NCBI GenBank assembly: GCA_043775705.1 | Contig: JAYVSC010000150.1 | Span: forward strand, 1,031 to 65,030 | Source of the DNA: Spirochaetales bacterium | GTDB lineage: Bacteria > Spirochaetota > Spirochaetia > Treponematales > Treponemataceae | DNA: 64,000 nt | Direction of reading: 5' to 3' | Part shown: piece after piece, positions 37,973-47,559 of the stretch | Layout: each line of letters begins with the position of its first letter | Numbering within the stretch: position 1 is the first letter of the stretch | Program-made: the position numbers and the translations under genes | Notes under the pieces: model-generated | Told to the model about the DNA's origin: nothing | Seen by the model: only the letters and a program-made list of their open reading frames with translations | Databases searched by the model: none

Positions 37973-40900
37973 CTATTCCTTCCAGGCTTGAATAATGCCC
38001 GGGGTTTCCAACACTCTTTCCATAAAGCCGTCGCTCGAGGAAACCTGGATCTGGGAAGCCGCCTTTATCACATACGGCTTATGGAGAGTATCCATGTGTA
38101 AATATACTGCACAATTGCCGGAAGATTCAAACAAAAAATCACGCAGGGGAAGAAGCTGGTTTTCCTCATGGATGGAAGGATCGAGTTTCAGGTGGACTTC
38201 CCTGATCGCCTTGACCTGAAGCTCGTCGGGATTGATCCATGATTCGACGAGAAAGCTGGGAGAATCCCGCGAGGTGTCGATTTTGCCGACTATGCCCCAG
38301 ACGGTATCCGGCAGGAGCTTTTCCCGGCACTTTTCCCAGGTATTCGGGAAAAAGGTAAGATCTATGCTTCCGTTGAAATCCTCGAAGGAACCGAAACCCA
38401 TCCATTTTCCCTTTTGCGTCTGGTATGGACGCACTGTCCTGATCATGCCGACCAAGGTATAGAGTTTGTCCTTTTGCGCGCGGTCGGGGAAGCGGATATC
38501 GAAGGTGACGGCTTTTTCAAAGGCCTTGCGGTAGGCATCGAGCGGATGACCCGAAATATAGAAACCGATGAGCTCCTTTTCTATCCGGAGCTTTTCTTTT
38601 TGCGGCCAGTCCTCGATTTCCTCGAATATAAAGTCGGTGAATTCCTCGACGCCGGTATCTTCGAAAAGGCTTACCTGGCCGAAACGGGTCGCGTCCTTTT
38701 TTTTGGAGGCGTAGTCAATCACACGGTCCAGGCTTGCGATCAATGTCGAGCGGAATTGGCCGAGAGGGTCGAAACTGCCGGTTTGTATGAGCACTTCGAC
38801 GGCTTTCTTGCTCACGGTGCGGAGGTCTACCCGGTCGAGGAAATCGAGGAAGGAGGCATAGGGGCCTTTTTTCTCTCGTTCCTCGACGATCATGGCGGCG
38901 GCCTGCTCGCCCAGGCCCTTGATGCCGAGGAGACCGTAGACGATTCGGCCGTCGACGACGGTGAAATAGGCGTCCGAGCGGTTTACGTCGGGGGGATCGA
39001 TGGTAAGGCCCATCTTGCGGCCTTCCGCGATATATTCGGGGAGTTTGTCCGTCGAGGTGATTTCGTTCGTAAGGTTGGCGGCGATGAATTCCGCGGGGAA
39101 GTTTGCCTTCAGATAGGCTGTCTGGTAGGCGACGACCGAGTAGGCGGCAGCGTGGCTCTTGTTGAAACCGTAGCCGGCGAAGGGTATCAGAATTTCAAAG
39201 ATGCGGTCCGCGTCCTCGGCTTTAAAGCCGTTCTTGACCGCGCTCGCGGTGAAGGTGACCTTTTCCTTCTCCATGACTTCTTTTTTCTTCTTGCTCATCG
39301 CGCGCCTGAGCAAGTCCGCCTGTCCCAGACTGTACCCGGCTATTTTCTGGGCAACCTGCATAACCTGTTCCTGGTAGACGATAACCCCGTAGGTTTCCTC
39401 CAGGATGCTTTTCAGGCAGGGATCGGGATACTCGATTTTATTGCTGTCGAACTTCGACTCGACGAACTGGTCGATGTAGGCCATCGGGCCCGGCCGGTAA
39501 AGCGCATTGAGGGCGATAAGGTCTTCCATTTTATCGGGTTTCGCGCGCTTGAGGATGTTCTGCATGCCCTGGCTTTCAAACTGGAATACCGCCGCGCTTT
39601 TTCCCTCGCCGAGCATCTTGAAGGTGGTCTTGTCGGTGTCGCTGATTTTTTCGATATCGAACGAGGCGAGCTCGCCCCCGCGCTTGCGGATCAGCTCCCC
39701 GGTATGCTTTATCAGGGTAAGGGTTTTAAGACCGAGAAAGTCCATCTTTACGAGTCCGCAGTCCTCGATCAAGTCCATGGTGAACTGTGAGGCTACCTTG
39801 CCCGTCTTGCTGTCTTTGTAAAGGGGTACATAGTCGGTAAGCGCCGTCTTTCCTATTACGATGCCGGCCGCGTGGAGACTGGTGTTCCGGTTCGCCCCTT
39901 CAAGGGTACCCGCGATCTCGAAGAGCTCGCTGAAGCGGGGCTCGTTCCGGAGCGCGGCGAGCTCGCTTTGGGCCTCGAAGGCCTTGGCAAGGGTTATTTT
40001 CGGATCGTCCGGGATGAGCTTCGTGATCATGTTCACTTCGTTCAGGGGGATCTCGAGCACCCGCGCGACGTCTTTTATCGCGGCCTTCGGCTTCAGTGTT
40101 CCGAAGGTGATGATCTGGCCGACCCGGTCGTCCCCGTATTTTTGGCGCACATACTCGATAACCTCCTGTCTCCGCTCGAAACAGAAGTCGATGTCAAAGT
40201 CAGGCATGGAGACGCGTTCGGGGTTCAGGAACCGCTCGAAGAGGAGATTGTAGCGGAGGGGCTCGATGTCGGTAATCCGCATCGCGTAGGCGACGATGGA
40301 GCCCGCGCCCGAACCGCGGCCGGGGCCCACGGGTATGTTCTGCTCTTTGGACCAGTGGATAAAGTCCCACACGATGAGGAAATAGCCCACAAAGTCCATC
40401 TTGATGATGACGGACAGCTCGAAGTCGGCCCTGGCCCGAATGGCTTCCGTGACCTCCTCATAGCGCGTTTTCAGTCCCTCGTACACGAGATGGCGTATGT
40501 AGTCTTCCTTTGTGTCAAAGCCTTCGGGGATCTCGTAGACTGGAAGGAGGGGACCGGGAGTCGGAATTTCTACCTTGCACATTTCCGCGATGCGGACGGT
40601 ATTCGCGAGCATTTCGGGGTAGTCGGGGAAGAGGGCGGCCATTTCATTGGCATCCTTCAGATAAAACTCCGAACCCTGGAATTTCATCCGGCCCGGCTCG
40701 TTCCGGGTCCGCTTGGTTCCGATGCACAGCAGTATGTCCTGGGCGATAAAGTCCTTTTTCTGCGAATAATGGGCGTCATTGGTCACTACCATGGGTATGC
40801 CGAGCCGCCTTGCCATCGCGATGAGCAGGGGAGCGACCCTTTTCTGTTCCATGATGCCGTGGTACTGGAGCTCGATGTAGTAGTTTTCGTCGCCGAAGAT

Positions 40901-41395
40901 ATCCCGGTATTTCCGCGTGAAGGCTTCGGCTTCTGCATCCTTGCCGGCGAGGAGGAGGGCAGGGAGCTGGCCGGCCAGGCACGCCGAAAGGCAGACAAGA
41001 TCTGATGAATATTCCCTGATAAGTTCTTCGTCGATGCGGGGTTTATAGTACATGCCCTCGGTAAAGGAGCGGGAGGTCAGTTTTATGAGGTTCCGGTAGC
41101 CTTTTTCGCTTTTTGCGATCAGGATAAGGTGATAATACTTGGTTTTGTTTTCGGCTTCCCCGCGCTCGCTTCGATGGTTCGGCGCCACGTAGAATTCGCA
41201 TCCGATAAGGGGATTTATGCCCTGGGACTTGCACTCCCGGTAAAAATGGAGGGCTCCGAACATGTTGCCGTGGTCCGTGATGGCCAGGGCGGTTTGACCC
41301 AGTTCCTTCGCCCGCGCAATCATTTTCTTATAGGAGGAAGCCCCGTCGAGGAGAGAAAAATCGGTATGTACGTGAAGGTGAACAAAATCCTGCAT
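37973..41395 (-). CDS. dnaE: DNA polymerase III alpha subunit
   Basis: HLHVHTDFSLLDG, GRGSGAGS, MPDFDID, SLHAAG, KMDFLGL and FNKSH motifs. Start set at MQDF from the promoter geometry. Confidence 0.97.
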   Translation of the reverse strand: MQDFVHLHVHTDFSLLDGASSYKKMIARAKELGQTALAITDHGNMFGALHFYRECKSQGINPLIGCEFYVAPNHRSERGEAENKTKYYHLILIAKSEKGYRNLIKLTSRSFTEGMYYKPRIDEELIREYSSDLVCLSACLAGQLPALLLAGKDAEAEAFTRKYRDIFGDENYYIELQYHGIMEQKRVAPLLIAMARRLGIPMVVTNDAHYSQKKDFIAQDILLCIGTKRTRNEPGRMKFQGSEFYLKDANEMAALFPDYPEMLANTVRIAEMCKVEIPTPGPLLPVYEIPEGFDTKEDYIRHLVYEGLKTRYEEVTEAIRARADFELSVIIKMDFVGYFLIVWDFIHWSKEQNIPVGPGRGSGAGSIVAYAMRITDIEPLRYNLLFERFLNPERVSMPDFDIDFCFERRQEVIEYVRQKYGDDRVGQIITFGTLKPKAAIKDVARVLEIPLNEVNMITKLIPDDPKITLAKAFEAQSELAALRNEPRFSELFEIAGTLEGANRNTSLHAAGIVIGKTALTDYVPLYKDSKTGKVASQFTMDLIEDCGLVKMDFLGLKTLTLIKHTGELIRKRGGELASFDIEKISDTDKTTFKMLGEGKSAAVFQFESQGMQNILKRAKPDKMEDLIALNALYRPGPMAYIDQFVESKFDSNKIEYPDPCLKSILEETYGVIVYQEQVMQVAQKIAGYSLGQADLLRRAMSKKKKEVMEKEKVTFTASAVKNGFKAEDADRIFEILIPFAGYGFNKSHAAAYSVVAYQTAYLKANFPAEFIAANLTNEITSTDKLPEYIAEGRKMGLTIDPPDVNRSDAYFTVVDGRIVYGLLGIKGLGEQAAAMIVEEREKKGPYASFLDFLDRVDLRTVSKKAVEVLIQTGSFDPLGQFRSTLIASLDRVIDYASKKKDATRFGQVSLFEDTGVEEFTDFIFEEIEDWPQKEKLRIEKELIGFYISGHPLDAYRKAFEKAVTFDIRFPDRAQKDKLYTLVGMIRTVRPYQTQKGKWMGFGSFEDFNGSIDLTFFPNTWEKCREKLLPDTVWGIVGKIDTSRDSPSFLVESWINPDELQVKAIREVHLKLDPSIHEENQLLPLRDFLFESSGNCAVYLHMDTLHKPYVIKAASQIQVSSSDGFMERVLETPGIIQAWKE

Positions 41396-41402
41396 GGGAC
41401 AC

Positions 41403-41431
41403 ATTGTATCATGCTTTTTTTGTTTGGTCAG
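41403..41431 (-). promoter_or_regulatory. Promoter predicting a leaderless dnaE mRNA
   Basis: CTGACC-17-TACAAT with TGn, then 7 nt, then ATG. Confidence 0.65.
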
Positions 41432-41501
41432 GATGGAAAAGGCCCTTTGGAGGGTAGCATTTTTGCGCGGTACGGGATTATATGAGGTAAGGCAGGCGGC
41501 G

Positions 41502-41984
41502 ATGACGGAGATTAAAAAGACAAATGCGATGCGGATTCTCGAATCCCTTGATATCGGCTACGAAACGGCTTCCTACGAGGTCGACGAGGAGCATCTCGAC
41601 GCAGTCCATGCCGCCAAGGCCCTCAGCGCCGACGCTGAATCGGTATTCAAGACGATAGTGATGAAAACGGACGCGAATGAAATCTGCGTTTTCTGCGTGA
41701 GCGCGCCCTCCGAGGTCAGTTTGAAAAAAGCGCGCGCCGCTTGCGGGGCGAAAGAGATAGCTCCCGTTCGTCCTGCCGATCTTCTTTCCCTTACCGGCTA
41801 CATCCGGGGCGGCTGTTCTCCCGTCGGAATGAAACACCGTTTCCGCACCTTTATCGACGAGACGGTTATCCTTTGCGATAAGGTATACGTGAGCGCGGGG
41901 CTGCGCGGCCTGCAGCTCGTGCTGAAACCGGAAAATCTGGTAAAGGCAACGGGCGGCCTTGTCTGCTCCCTCACCGCGAATTGA
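41502..41984 (+). CDS. ybaK: Cys-tRNA(Pro) deacylase YbaK
   Basis: KTNAMRIL, VFKTIV, TGYIRGGCSPVG and VSAGLRG motifs. Confidence 0.93.
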   Translation: MTEIKKTNAMRILESLDIGYETASYEVDEEHLDAVHAAKALSADAESVFKTIVMKTDANEICVFCVSAPSEVSLKKARAACGAKEIAPVRPADLLSLTGYIRGGCSPVGMKHRFRTFIDETVILCDKVYVSAGLRGLQLVLKPENLVKATGGLVCSLTAN

Positions 41985-42009
41985 CAAGGAAAATAATAAA
42001 GGGCATTAT
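41981..42009 (+). promoter_or_regulatory. sigma70 promoter of the ABC exporter operon
   Basis: TTGACA-17-CATTAT. Confidence 0.6.
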
Positions 42010-42057
42010 TTAGGTACAATTGAAACGGCTGATTGTAAAAAAAAGTAGGGAACCAGT

Positions 42058-43080
42058 GTGGAAAGTTTGATTCATCTCGAGGGCGTGAAAAAGCATTTTA
42101 AGGTACTCAACAGGAGGGAAGGCCTCGGCGGAGCCTTTCTTGATCTTTTTTCCCGGAACTACCGGTTGATCAAGGCCGTTGACGGGATCAATCTTGATAT
42201 CGGACGCGGCGAAATTGTCGGTTTTCTCGGACCCAACGGGGCAGGAAAGTCTACTGCCATCAAGATGATGACGGGCGTGCTTTCCCCGACCGAAGGCATC
42301 ATCGAAATCAACGGCATGAATCCGTTCCGTGAGCGCATCCGTTTCGTGAAGGGCATAGGCGTCGTATTCGGCCAGAGAACCCAGCTCTGGTGGGAACTGC
42401 CGGTCAAGGAATCATTCAAGCTTCTGAAGGAAATTTTCCAGATTCCCGACGACGTGTACAAACGCAACATTTCCCGCTTCGAGGAGCTGGTCAACCTGAA
42501 AGAGCTGTACGGCCAGCAGGTGCGCAATCTTTCCCTCGGGCAGCGGATGCTCTGCGACATCACCGCGAGCTTTCTCCATGAACCCGCCATTATTTTCCTG
42601 GACGAGCCGACGATAGGGCTCGACGTCGCCGTCAAGAGCCAGATACGCAAGCTGATCCGCTCCCTGAACGAGGAAAAAAAGACTACCATACTGCTGACGA
42701 CCCATGACGTCGGGGACATCGAAGCCCTGTGCAAGCGCATCATCCTGATAGACAAGGGCTCGATCATTTATGACGGGGAGACCGCTTCCTTCAACAAACT
42801 TTTCGGGAGCTACCGGACGCTGAAGCTGCTGTGCCGCGAGGGCGAGGGAGAGGCCATGATGGCCCTGCTTCCCGTTGTCAAGGACCGCTTCGAGATCTCG
42901 GCCATAGACACGAGCGAAGCCGAAAGTCAGTGGTACGACATCACGATCGACCAGGAAAAAACGAACCTCTCGGAAGTGCTTTCCTGGGCCCTCAACACCC
43001 TGCCGGTGAAGGACGTGAAGATTCAGGAGATCCGCACGGAATCGGTGATCGCAAAGGTGTACGCCGGAGGCATCTCGTGA
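42058..43080 (+). CDS. ABC-2 type exporter ATP-binding subunit
   Basis: GPNGAGKS, LSLGQ and FLDEPT motifs with an H-loop. Confidence 0.92.
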   Translation: MESLIHLEGVKKHFKVLNRREGLGGAFLDLFSRNYRLIKAVDGINLDIGRGEIVGFLGPNGAGKSTAIKMMTGVLSPTEGIIEINGMNPFRERIRFVKGIGVVFGQRTQLWWELPVKESFKLLKEIFQIPDDVYKRNISRFEELVNLKELYGQQVRNLSLGQRMLCDITASFLHEPAIIFLDEPTIGLDVAVKSQIRKLIRSLNEEKKTTILLTTHDVGDIEALCKRIILIDKGSIIYDGETASFNKLFGSYRTLKLLCREGEGEAMMALLPVVKDRFEISAIDTSEAESQWYDITIDQEKTNLSEVLSWALNTLPVKDVKIQEIRTESVIAKVYAGGIS

Positions 43081-43090
43081 GAGGGTCCTG

Positions 43091-43885
43091 ATGATCATAG
43101 CGAATACCATAAAAAGCTCTTTCACCTACCGCGCTCACGTGCTGTTCCAGATCCTCGCGAGCGCCTTTGCCATACTCATACAGTTCTTCCTCTGGAAGGC
43201 CGTGTACGGCGCGATCGAGGGTGGCGTCGCGTCGGGGCAAATTCACGGGATGAGCTTCGGCCAGACATTTTTATACGTGTCCCTGGCCGCCGCGATAGGG
43301 GTACTCATACGCACCTGGTGCGACTGGGAAATAAATTTTCAAATCCGCTCGGGCGACATCATCATGTTTTTTTTCAAGCCTATGGATTATATGCGTTTGA
43401 TGTTCGCGAACTCGATGGGGTTTATGATAGGAAATTTCATCACGATCACGGTGCCGAGCGTCATCATCATTTTCGCCCTCCTTCAGGCGCCTTTTACGGC
43501 CGGGTGGAATATTCCCTTTTTCCTGCTCACTCTTTCGGGCTCCTGCCTTCTCTCTTTTCTCTTCGACTTCATCGTCGGCACAACCTGCTTTTGGACGCAG
43601 TCCGTGTGGGGCATCAGCGCGGCGAAGGATTTCATCATTCTGTTCCTTTCAGGCGCCCTCATTCCCCTCCAGTTTTATCCTGAGTCGATCCGGGGCATTG
43701 TCCGCTATCTGCCCTTCCCGTATATGTACAATCTGCCCCTGACTATCCTGACCGCGCGAGGGGCCGATATTCCTTCTTGGATAACGGGAGTCGCGATACA
43801 GGCTTTCTGGATAGCCGCGGTATATTTCATTGTCCGCGCGTACTTTACCTTTTCGCTGCGGAAGCTCACCGTGAACGGAGGCTGA
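43091..43885 (+). CDS. ABC-2 family permease (DUF990-like)
   Basis: About six TM segments with IRSGD...KP and SGALIPL...P patterns. Confidence 0.8.
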   Translation: MIIANTIKSSFTYRAHVLFQILASAFAILIQFFLWKAVYGAIEGGVASGQIHGMSFGQTFLYVSLAAAIGVLIRTWCDWEINFQIRSGDIIMFFFKPMDYMRLMFANSMGFMIGNFITITVPSVIIIFALLQAPFTAGWNIPFFLLTLSGSCLLSFLFDFIVGTTCFWTQSVWGISAAKDFIILFLSGALIPLQFYPESIRGIVRYLPFPYMYNLPLTILTARGADIPSWITGVAIQAFWIAAVYFIVRAYFTFSLRKLTVNGG

Positions 43886-43887
43886 TC

Positions 43888-44685
43888 ATGAAACGCTTTT
43901 TCTTTTATTGCTCGCTGTATATAAAGCTCGTCGCGCAGTATGTCAAAACACGGCTGCAGTACCGCTTCGATTTTTTCATTTCCACGTTCAGCATGATTCT
44001 GGGGAGCATCGCCGGGATCATCAGCCTGTGGATCCTCATGTCGAATCTTCCCCTTCTCGCAGGCTGGTCTTTCGAGGAATTGGTTTTTATCTATTCCTTT
44101 TCGCTTCTTGCCCAGGCGCCCATGCAGATCTGCTTTGACCATATATGGCAGCTCCGCAGTCACGTGAACCAGGGAACTTTCATCAAGTATTATTTCAAAC
44201 CCATCAACTCCCTTTTTTATTACGTGAGCGAGATGCTTGACCTTAAGGGTTTCGGACAGCTCGCACTCGGCATTACGGCCTTTGTCTGGTCTTCTCACGC
44301 GCTTGCCATCCAGTGGACCCTGTCGCGGATTTTGTTCCTTCCCTTACTGCTGGCGGGCTCGTCCCTTGTGCTCGTGTCCCTCATGCTGATCGCCTCTTCG
44401 GGCTGTTTCTGGGTCAAGGATTCGTTTGCCATTCTTTCGTTCATCAACAGCTTCCGGGACCACTCCCGCTACCCGATGAGCATATACAACCTGATTTTCA
44501 AATTTCTCTTTACCTGGATTATTCCCGTGGGCTTTATGGCTTTTTATCCGAGCCAGTTTTTTCTCCGCTCGATGCCCCTCGACTGGACGGCATGGGCATC
44601 CCCGCTCTTCGGCATCGTGACTTTTTATATTGCGGTGAAGGTGTGGGACGGCGGCATGAAGGCGTGGGGCGGGACGGGAAGCTGA
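43888..44685 (+). CDS. ABC-2 family permease (DUF990-like), second subunit
   Basis: QYRFDF, GTFIKY..KP and RYPMSIY patterns. Start at the ATG after GGAGG. Confidence 0.8.
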   Translation: MKRFFFYCSLYIKLVAQYVKTRLQYRFDFFISTFSMILGSIAGIISLWILMSNLPLLAGWSFEELVFIYSFSLLAQAPMQICFDHIWQLRSHVNQGTFIKYYFKPINSLFYYVSEMLDLKGFGQLALGITAFVWSSHALAIQWTLSRILFLPLLLAGSSLVLVSLMLIASSGCFWVKDSFAILSFINSFRDHSRYPMSIYNLIFKFLFTWIIPVGFMAFYPSQFFLRSMPLDWTAWASPLFGIVTFYIAVKVWDGGMKAWGGTGS

Positions 44686-44697
44686 TTCCCGGGCGCT

Positions 44698-45330
44698 TTA
44701 TAAGAGCGGGCGGTCGCTGTCCCTGCGCGAGTAGGAACAGCCGCAGTAGTCCTGGCGGTAAAGGCCGTATTCGCGGCTGAATTCGATGGACCTTTTATAG
44801 CCGTCCTTTTTTTTGAAGTCTCCCCACAACCAGGTGACCCGGTATTTTTGGGCGAGCGAACTTCCGATCGTATTGAGCAGGACTGCGTCTTTCATGGGGC
44901 TGATAGAGAGGGTGGTGGTAAAAAAATCCCATTTTCCCTCATGGGCGGTTTTTGCCGTCTTTTCGATGCGCAGGGTGTAGCATATCGAGCAGCGGACACC
45001 GCCTTCCTTTTCGTGTTTGTGGATTTCCGCGATATTTACAAAGTCTCTTGGATGGTATTCCCCTTCGAGGAATTGTACCTGGTGCATGGCAGGCATTACC
45101 CCGATGAGCCGCTCCTGTTCCCTTGCGCGTTTATCATATTCGGTCTTTTCGTCGATATTCGGGTTATAGTAAAAAACGGTTATCTTGAATACCGACGAGA
45201 GGGTCGCGATCACCGCGCTGCTGCACGGCCCGCAGCACGAGTGGAGCAGCAGTGACGGCGCGTTGGCACCGGTTCGACCGTTTTTTTCAAGGCCGGATAA
45301 TTGTTCTTCCATCAATTTTTGATAATTCAT
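44698..45330 (-). CDS. queH: Epoxyqueuosine reductase QueH
   Basis: LLHSCCGPCS, FYYNPNI, RCSICY, TTLSISP, DFKK and YCGCSYS motifs. Confidence 0.93.
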   Translation of the reverse strand: MNYQKLMEEQLSGLEKNGRTGANAPSLLLHSCCGPCSSAVIATLSSVFKITVFYYNPNIDEKTEYDKRAREQERLIGVMPAMHQVQFLEGEYHPRDFVNIAEIHKHEKEGGVRCSICYTLRIEKTAKTAHEGKWDFFTTTLSISPMKDAVLLNTIGSSLAQKYRVTWLWGDFKKKDGYKRSIEFSREYGLYRQDYCGCSYSRRDSDRPLL

Positions 45331-45374
45331 AATGATGTTTCAAGACCTCGAATAAGTATCACACTTTATAGATA

Positions 45375-45403
45375 ATAATAGGTTCAAATTTGTCCTGTGT
45401 CAA
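45375..45403 (-). promoter_or_regulatory. sigma70 promoter of queH
   Basis: TTGACA-17-TATTAT on the minus strand. Confidence 0.7.
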
Positions 45404-45429
45404 CAAATAACGCAGACTCTTAATAGGCC

Positions 45430-47559
45430 TTAAAGGGATTCGATTTTCGTGAGCAAATCGGTGATAAACCTGGAAATGTCGGGAATTTCTTTTTTTGGAA
45501 TGCGGAATCCTATCGCGCCGGGATGGCCGCCGCCGTCCTGGATGGAGAAATCCTTTAAAATCGAGCGTAAATCGATTCCGGTAATATTTCGTGATATGCG
45601 AATTCTGAATTGTATCAGTTCCGAGACTTCCGGCATGTCATAATAGACCGTCAGCCCGAAGGTCCCCGATTTTTCGGAAAGATAGTCCGTTACCGACTTG
45701 ATGACATTCACAAAGATATGATAATCAACACGCGAGACATAGTTTCGTGATTCCTCTTCGTCCAGGGCAACGATTCCGATGCGGCCCGAGTAGCGGGCAT
45801 GCTCAAGGAGCATCTGGTATAAATCTTTTTCCTCGACGGTAAGGGATTGAATGGAATTGAAGATATCAGTCATCTGGGTATAGTTATTGCTTTCCTTGCG
45901 CGCGGTCTCTTCGAGCACTTTCGCGAATTTCTTGGTGAACAGGGAATAAAAGAACATATCCCGGTGAGACTTTAATGTGAGCCCGAATTTCGTGTCTCCG
46001 ATCATTCCGGTAAGCATTGACAATACAAGGTTTCGGGAAAACAAGTCCTTTATGCCCAATGAAGCGAGGAGGTCTTTTCTGTTCGCGAGCTTGCAGCAGA
46101 ACAAGCCGATCAGTTCGCAGGTGCTGGAAGCCCGGCTGACAAAGCAATAGCCTTCGATGCCGCTTAGGCAAGCATCGGCGGACAAGTGATGGTCGAATTC
46201 GACTATCGGGAGCAGGGGTTCCGTGAGATAGGGCAAAATATCCGCATTTGAGGCGATCATCTCGGGTTTCGGCGTGTCGAGGACGAAAATCACGTCCGGT
46301 TTCTTCTCCGTATAGGTTGGTCCCTGAATGAGGGGGATTTTATTATAGGTGCAGATATTGATCAAATATGAAAGCTGCTGGGGCACTTGATCCCGGATAT
46401 AGATTTTTACTTCTTTCCCGAATTTGCCGAGCAGCAGGGCCATCGAGACAAGGGATGATATGCAGTCCTCGTCAGGCAGCTCATGGCCGAGCAGCAGAAA
46501 TGAGTTTTTTTCCTTTATCAGGTTTAGTATATTATCGAATACGCGGTTTTGTTCGGCAATAGTATGGAACGCATGTTTTTGACGCAAATCTTTTTTCGCG
46601 AGAAATGCCTGGTTTCTCCCGTTTTCCTTCGCGTGGTAAAGCGCTTTGTCGGCTTTGGCAGTCAAGTCCTCAACGGTATGGGCATGATCCGGTACTGTCG
46701 CGATGCCGATGCTCGCACTTATGCGAAATTCCGGATGCTCGCTGAATTCAAGGTGCGAAATTTCCTCGCAAACCTTTTCGCATAGCCGCTGCGCCTCGTC
46801 GCCCATGGTAGAGGGAAACAGAAAGGTAAACTCGTCGCCGCCGTATCTGGCGAGGATGTCGCCTGGTCTGAAACCCTTTCGGAAAACTTCGGCCACGCGC
46901 AATATGATGGTATCCCCGAAGGCCTCGCTATAGGTCTTGTTAACCGAGCCGAAATGATCCAGGTCAACCATTGCGATGCTCAGCAGTGTATGTTCGGTGG
47001 CCGCCTTCCGGAATTCCGTTTTCAGGGACTCGTCAAGAAAGCGCCGGTTATAGAGCCCGGTAAATTCATCCGTGATGACGCGGAGCCGTGCTTTTTCGCC
47101 CCATTGGACCATGTCGCTCAGAAGGGCGCTGGTATTGAAAAGCCGCGAACTCGTGGTCGTCAGCATCCGGTACAGAATTTTTTCCGCGATGACGCTGTGT
47201 TTTTCCATGAGAAACAGAAGACTTGCGCTGTCAAGGCTGAGGAAGGTACTGTTTTCGAGCAGGACGCAAGTCGCTGATCGGGGCAGGTTTTCAATCAGCG
47301 ACATTTCGCCGAAAAAACTTCCCCCCTCCATTTCTGCGAGGCGGATTTCCTCGTTCTCCCCGGTCTTTACGGAGACGGCAACCTTTCCCTGCAGAATAAT
47401 GAACATTTCACTGCCGCTTTCCCCCTCGGTAAAAAGAACGGCATTCTTTTCGAGGGCCTGTTCCTTCATAAGGGACCTGGTAGTCTTGATTTCGCCAGGG
47501 CTGAGGTCCGAGAAAATGCTGATTTCCTTGATAAGGGTTTCCGCTTTTTTTGATATCAT
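45430..47559 (-). CDS. cNMP-binding, GGDEF and DHH/DHHA1 phosphoesterase fusion
   Basis: FFGEMSL...PRSAT; RPGD...RYGGDEF; GHELPDED, LDTP, FDHH, IGDT and GGGHPGAIG. Confidence 0.88.
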   Translation of the reverse strand: MISKKAETLIKEISIFSDLSPGEIKTTRSLMKEQALEKNAVLFTEGESGSEMFIILQGKVAVSVKTGENEEIRLAEMEGGSFFGEMSLIENLPRSATCVLLENSTFLSLDSASLLFLMEKHSVIAEKILYRMLTTTSSRLFNTSALLSDMVQWGEKARLRVITDEFTGLYNRRFLDESLKTEFRKAATEHTLLSIAMVDLDHFGSVNKTYSEAFGDTIILRVAEVFRKGFRPGDILARYGGDEFTFLFPSTMGDEAQRLCEKVCEEISHLEFSEHPEFRISASIGIATVPDHAHTVEDLTAKADKALYHAKENGRNQAFLAKKDLRQKHAFHTIAEQNRVFDNILNLIKEKNSFLLLGHELPDEDCISSLVSMALLLGKFGKEVKIYIRDQVPQQLSYLINICTYNKIPLIQGPTYTEKKPDVIFVLDTPKPEMIASNADILPYLTEPLLPIVEFDHHLSADACLSGIEGYCFVSRASSTCELIGLFCCKLANRKDLLASLGIKDLFSRNLVLSMLTGMIGDTKFGLTLKSHRDMFFYSLFTKKFAKVLEETARKESNNYTQMTDIFNSIQSLTVEEKDLYQMLLEHARYSGRIGIVALDEEESRNYVSRVDYHIFVNVIKSVTDYLSEKSGTFGLTVYYDMPEVSELIQFRIRISRNITGIDLRSILKDFSIQDGGGHPGAIGFRIPKKEIPDISRFITDLLTKIESL

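Noticed and set aside
35470-41005. Long plus-strand ORFs (435, 361, 458 and 377 aa) opposite recG, yggT and dnaE
   Set aside because: Antisense to well-supported genes, with no recognisable domains or RBS.
42058-44685. ABC-2 ATPase plus two permeases as a resistance or defence island
   Set aside because: A widespread three-gene exporter type with no flanking mobility or toxin genes, so the substrate cannot be inferred.
45331-45374. Possible preQ1 riboswitch ahead of queH
   Set aside because: The ~38-nt leader lacks the preQ1-I stem and A-rich tail.
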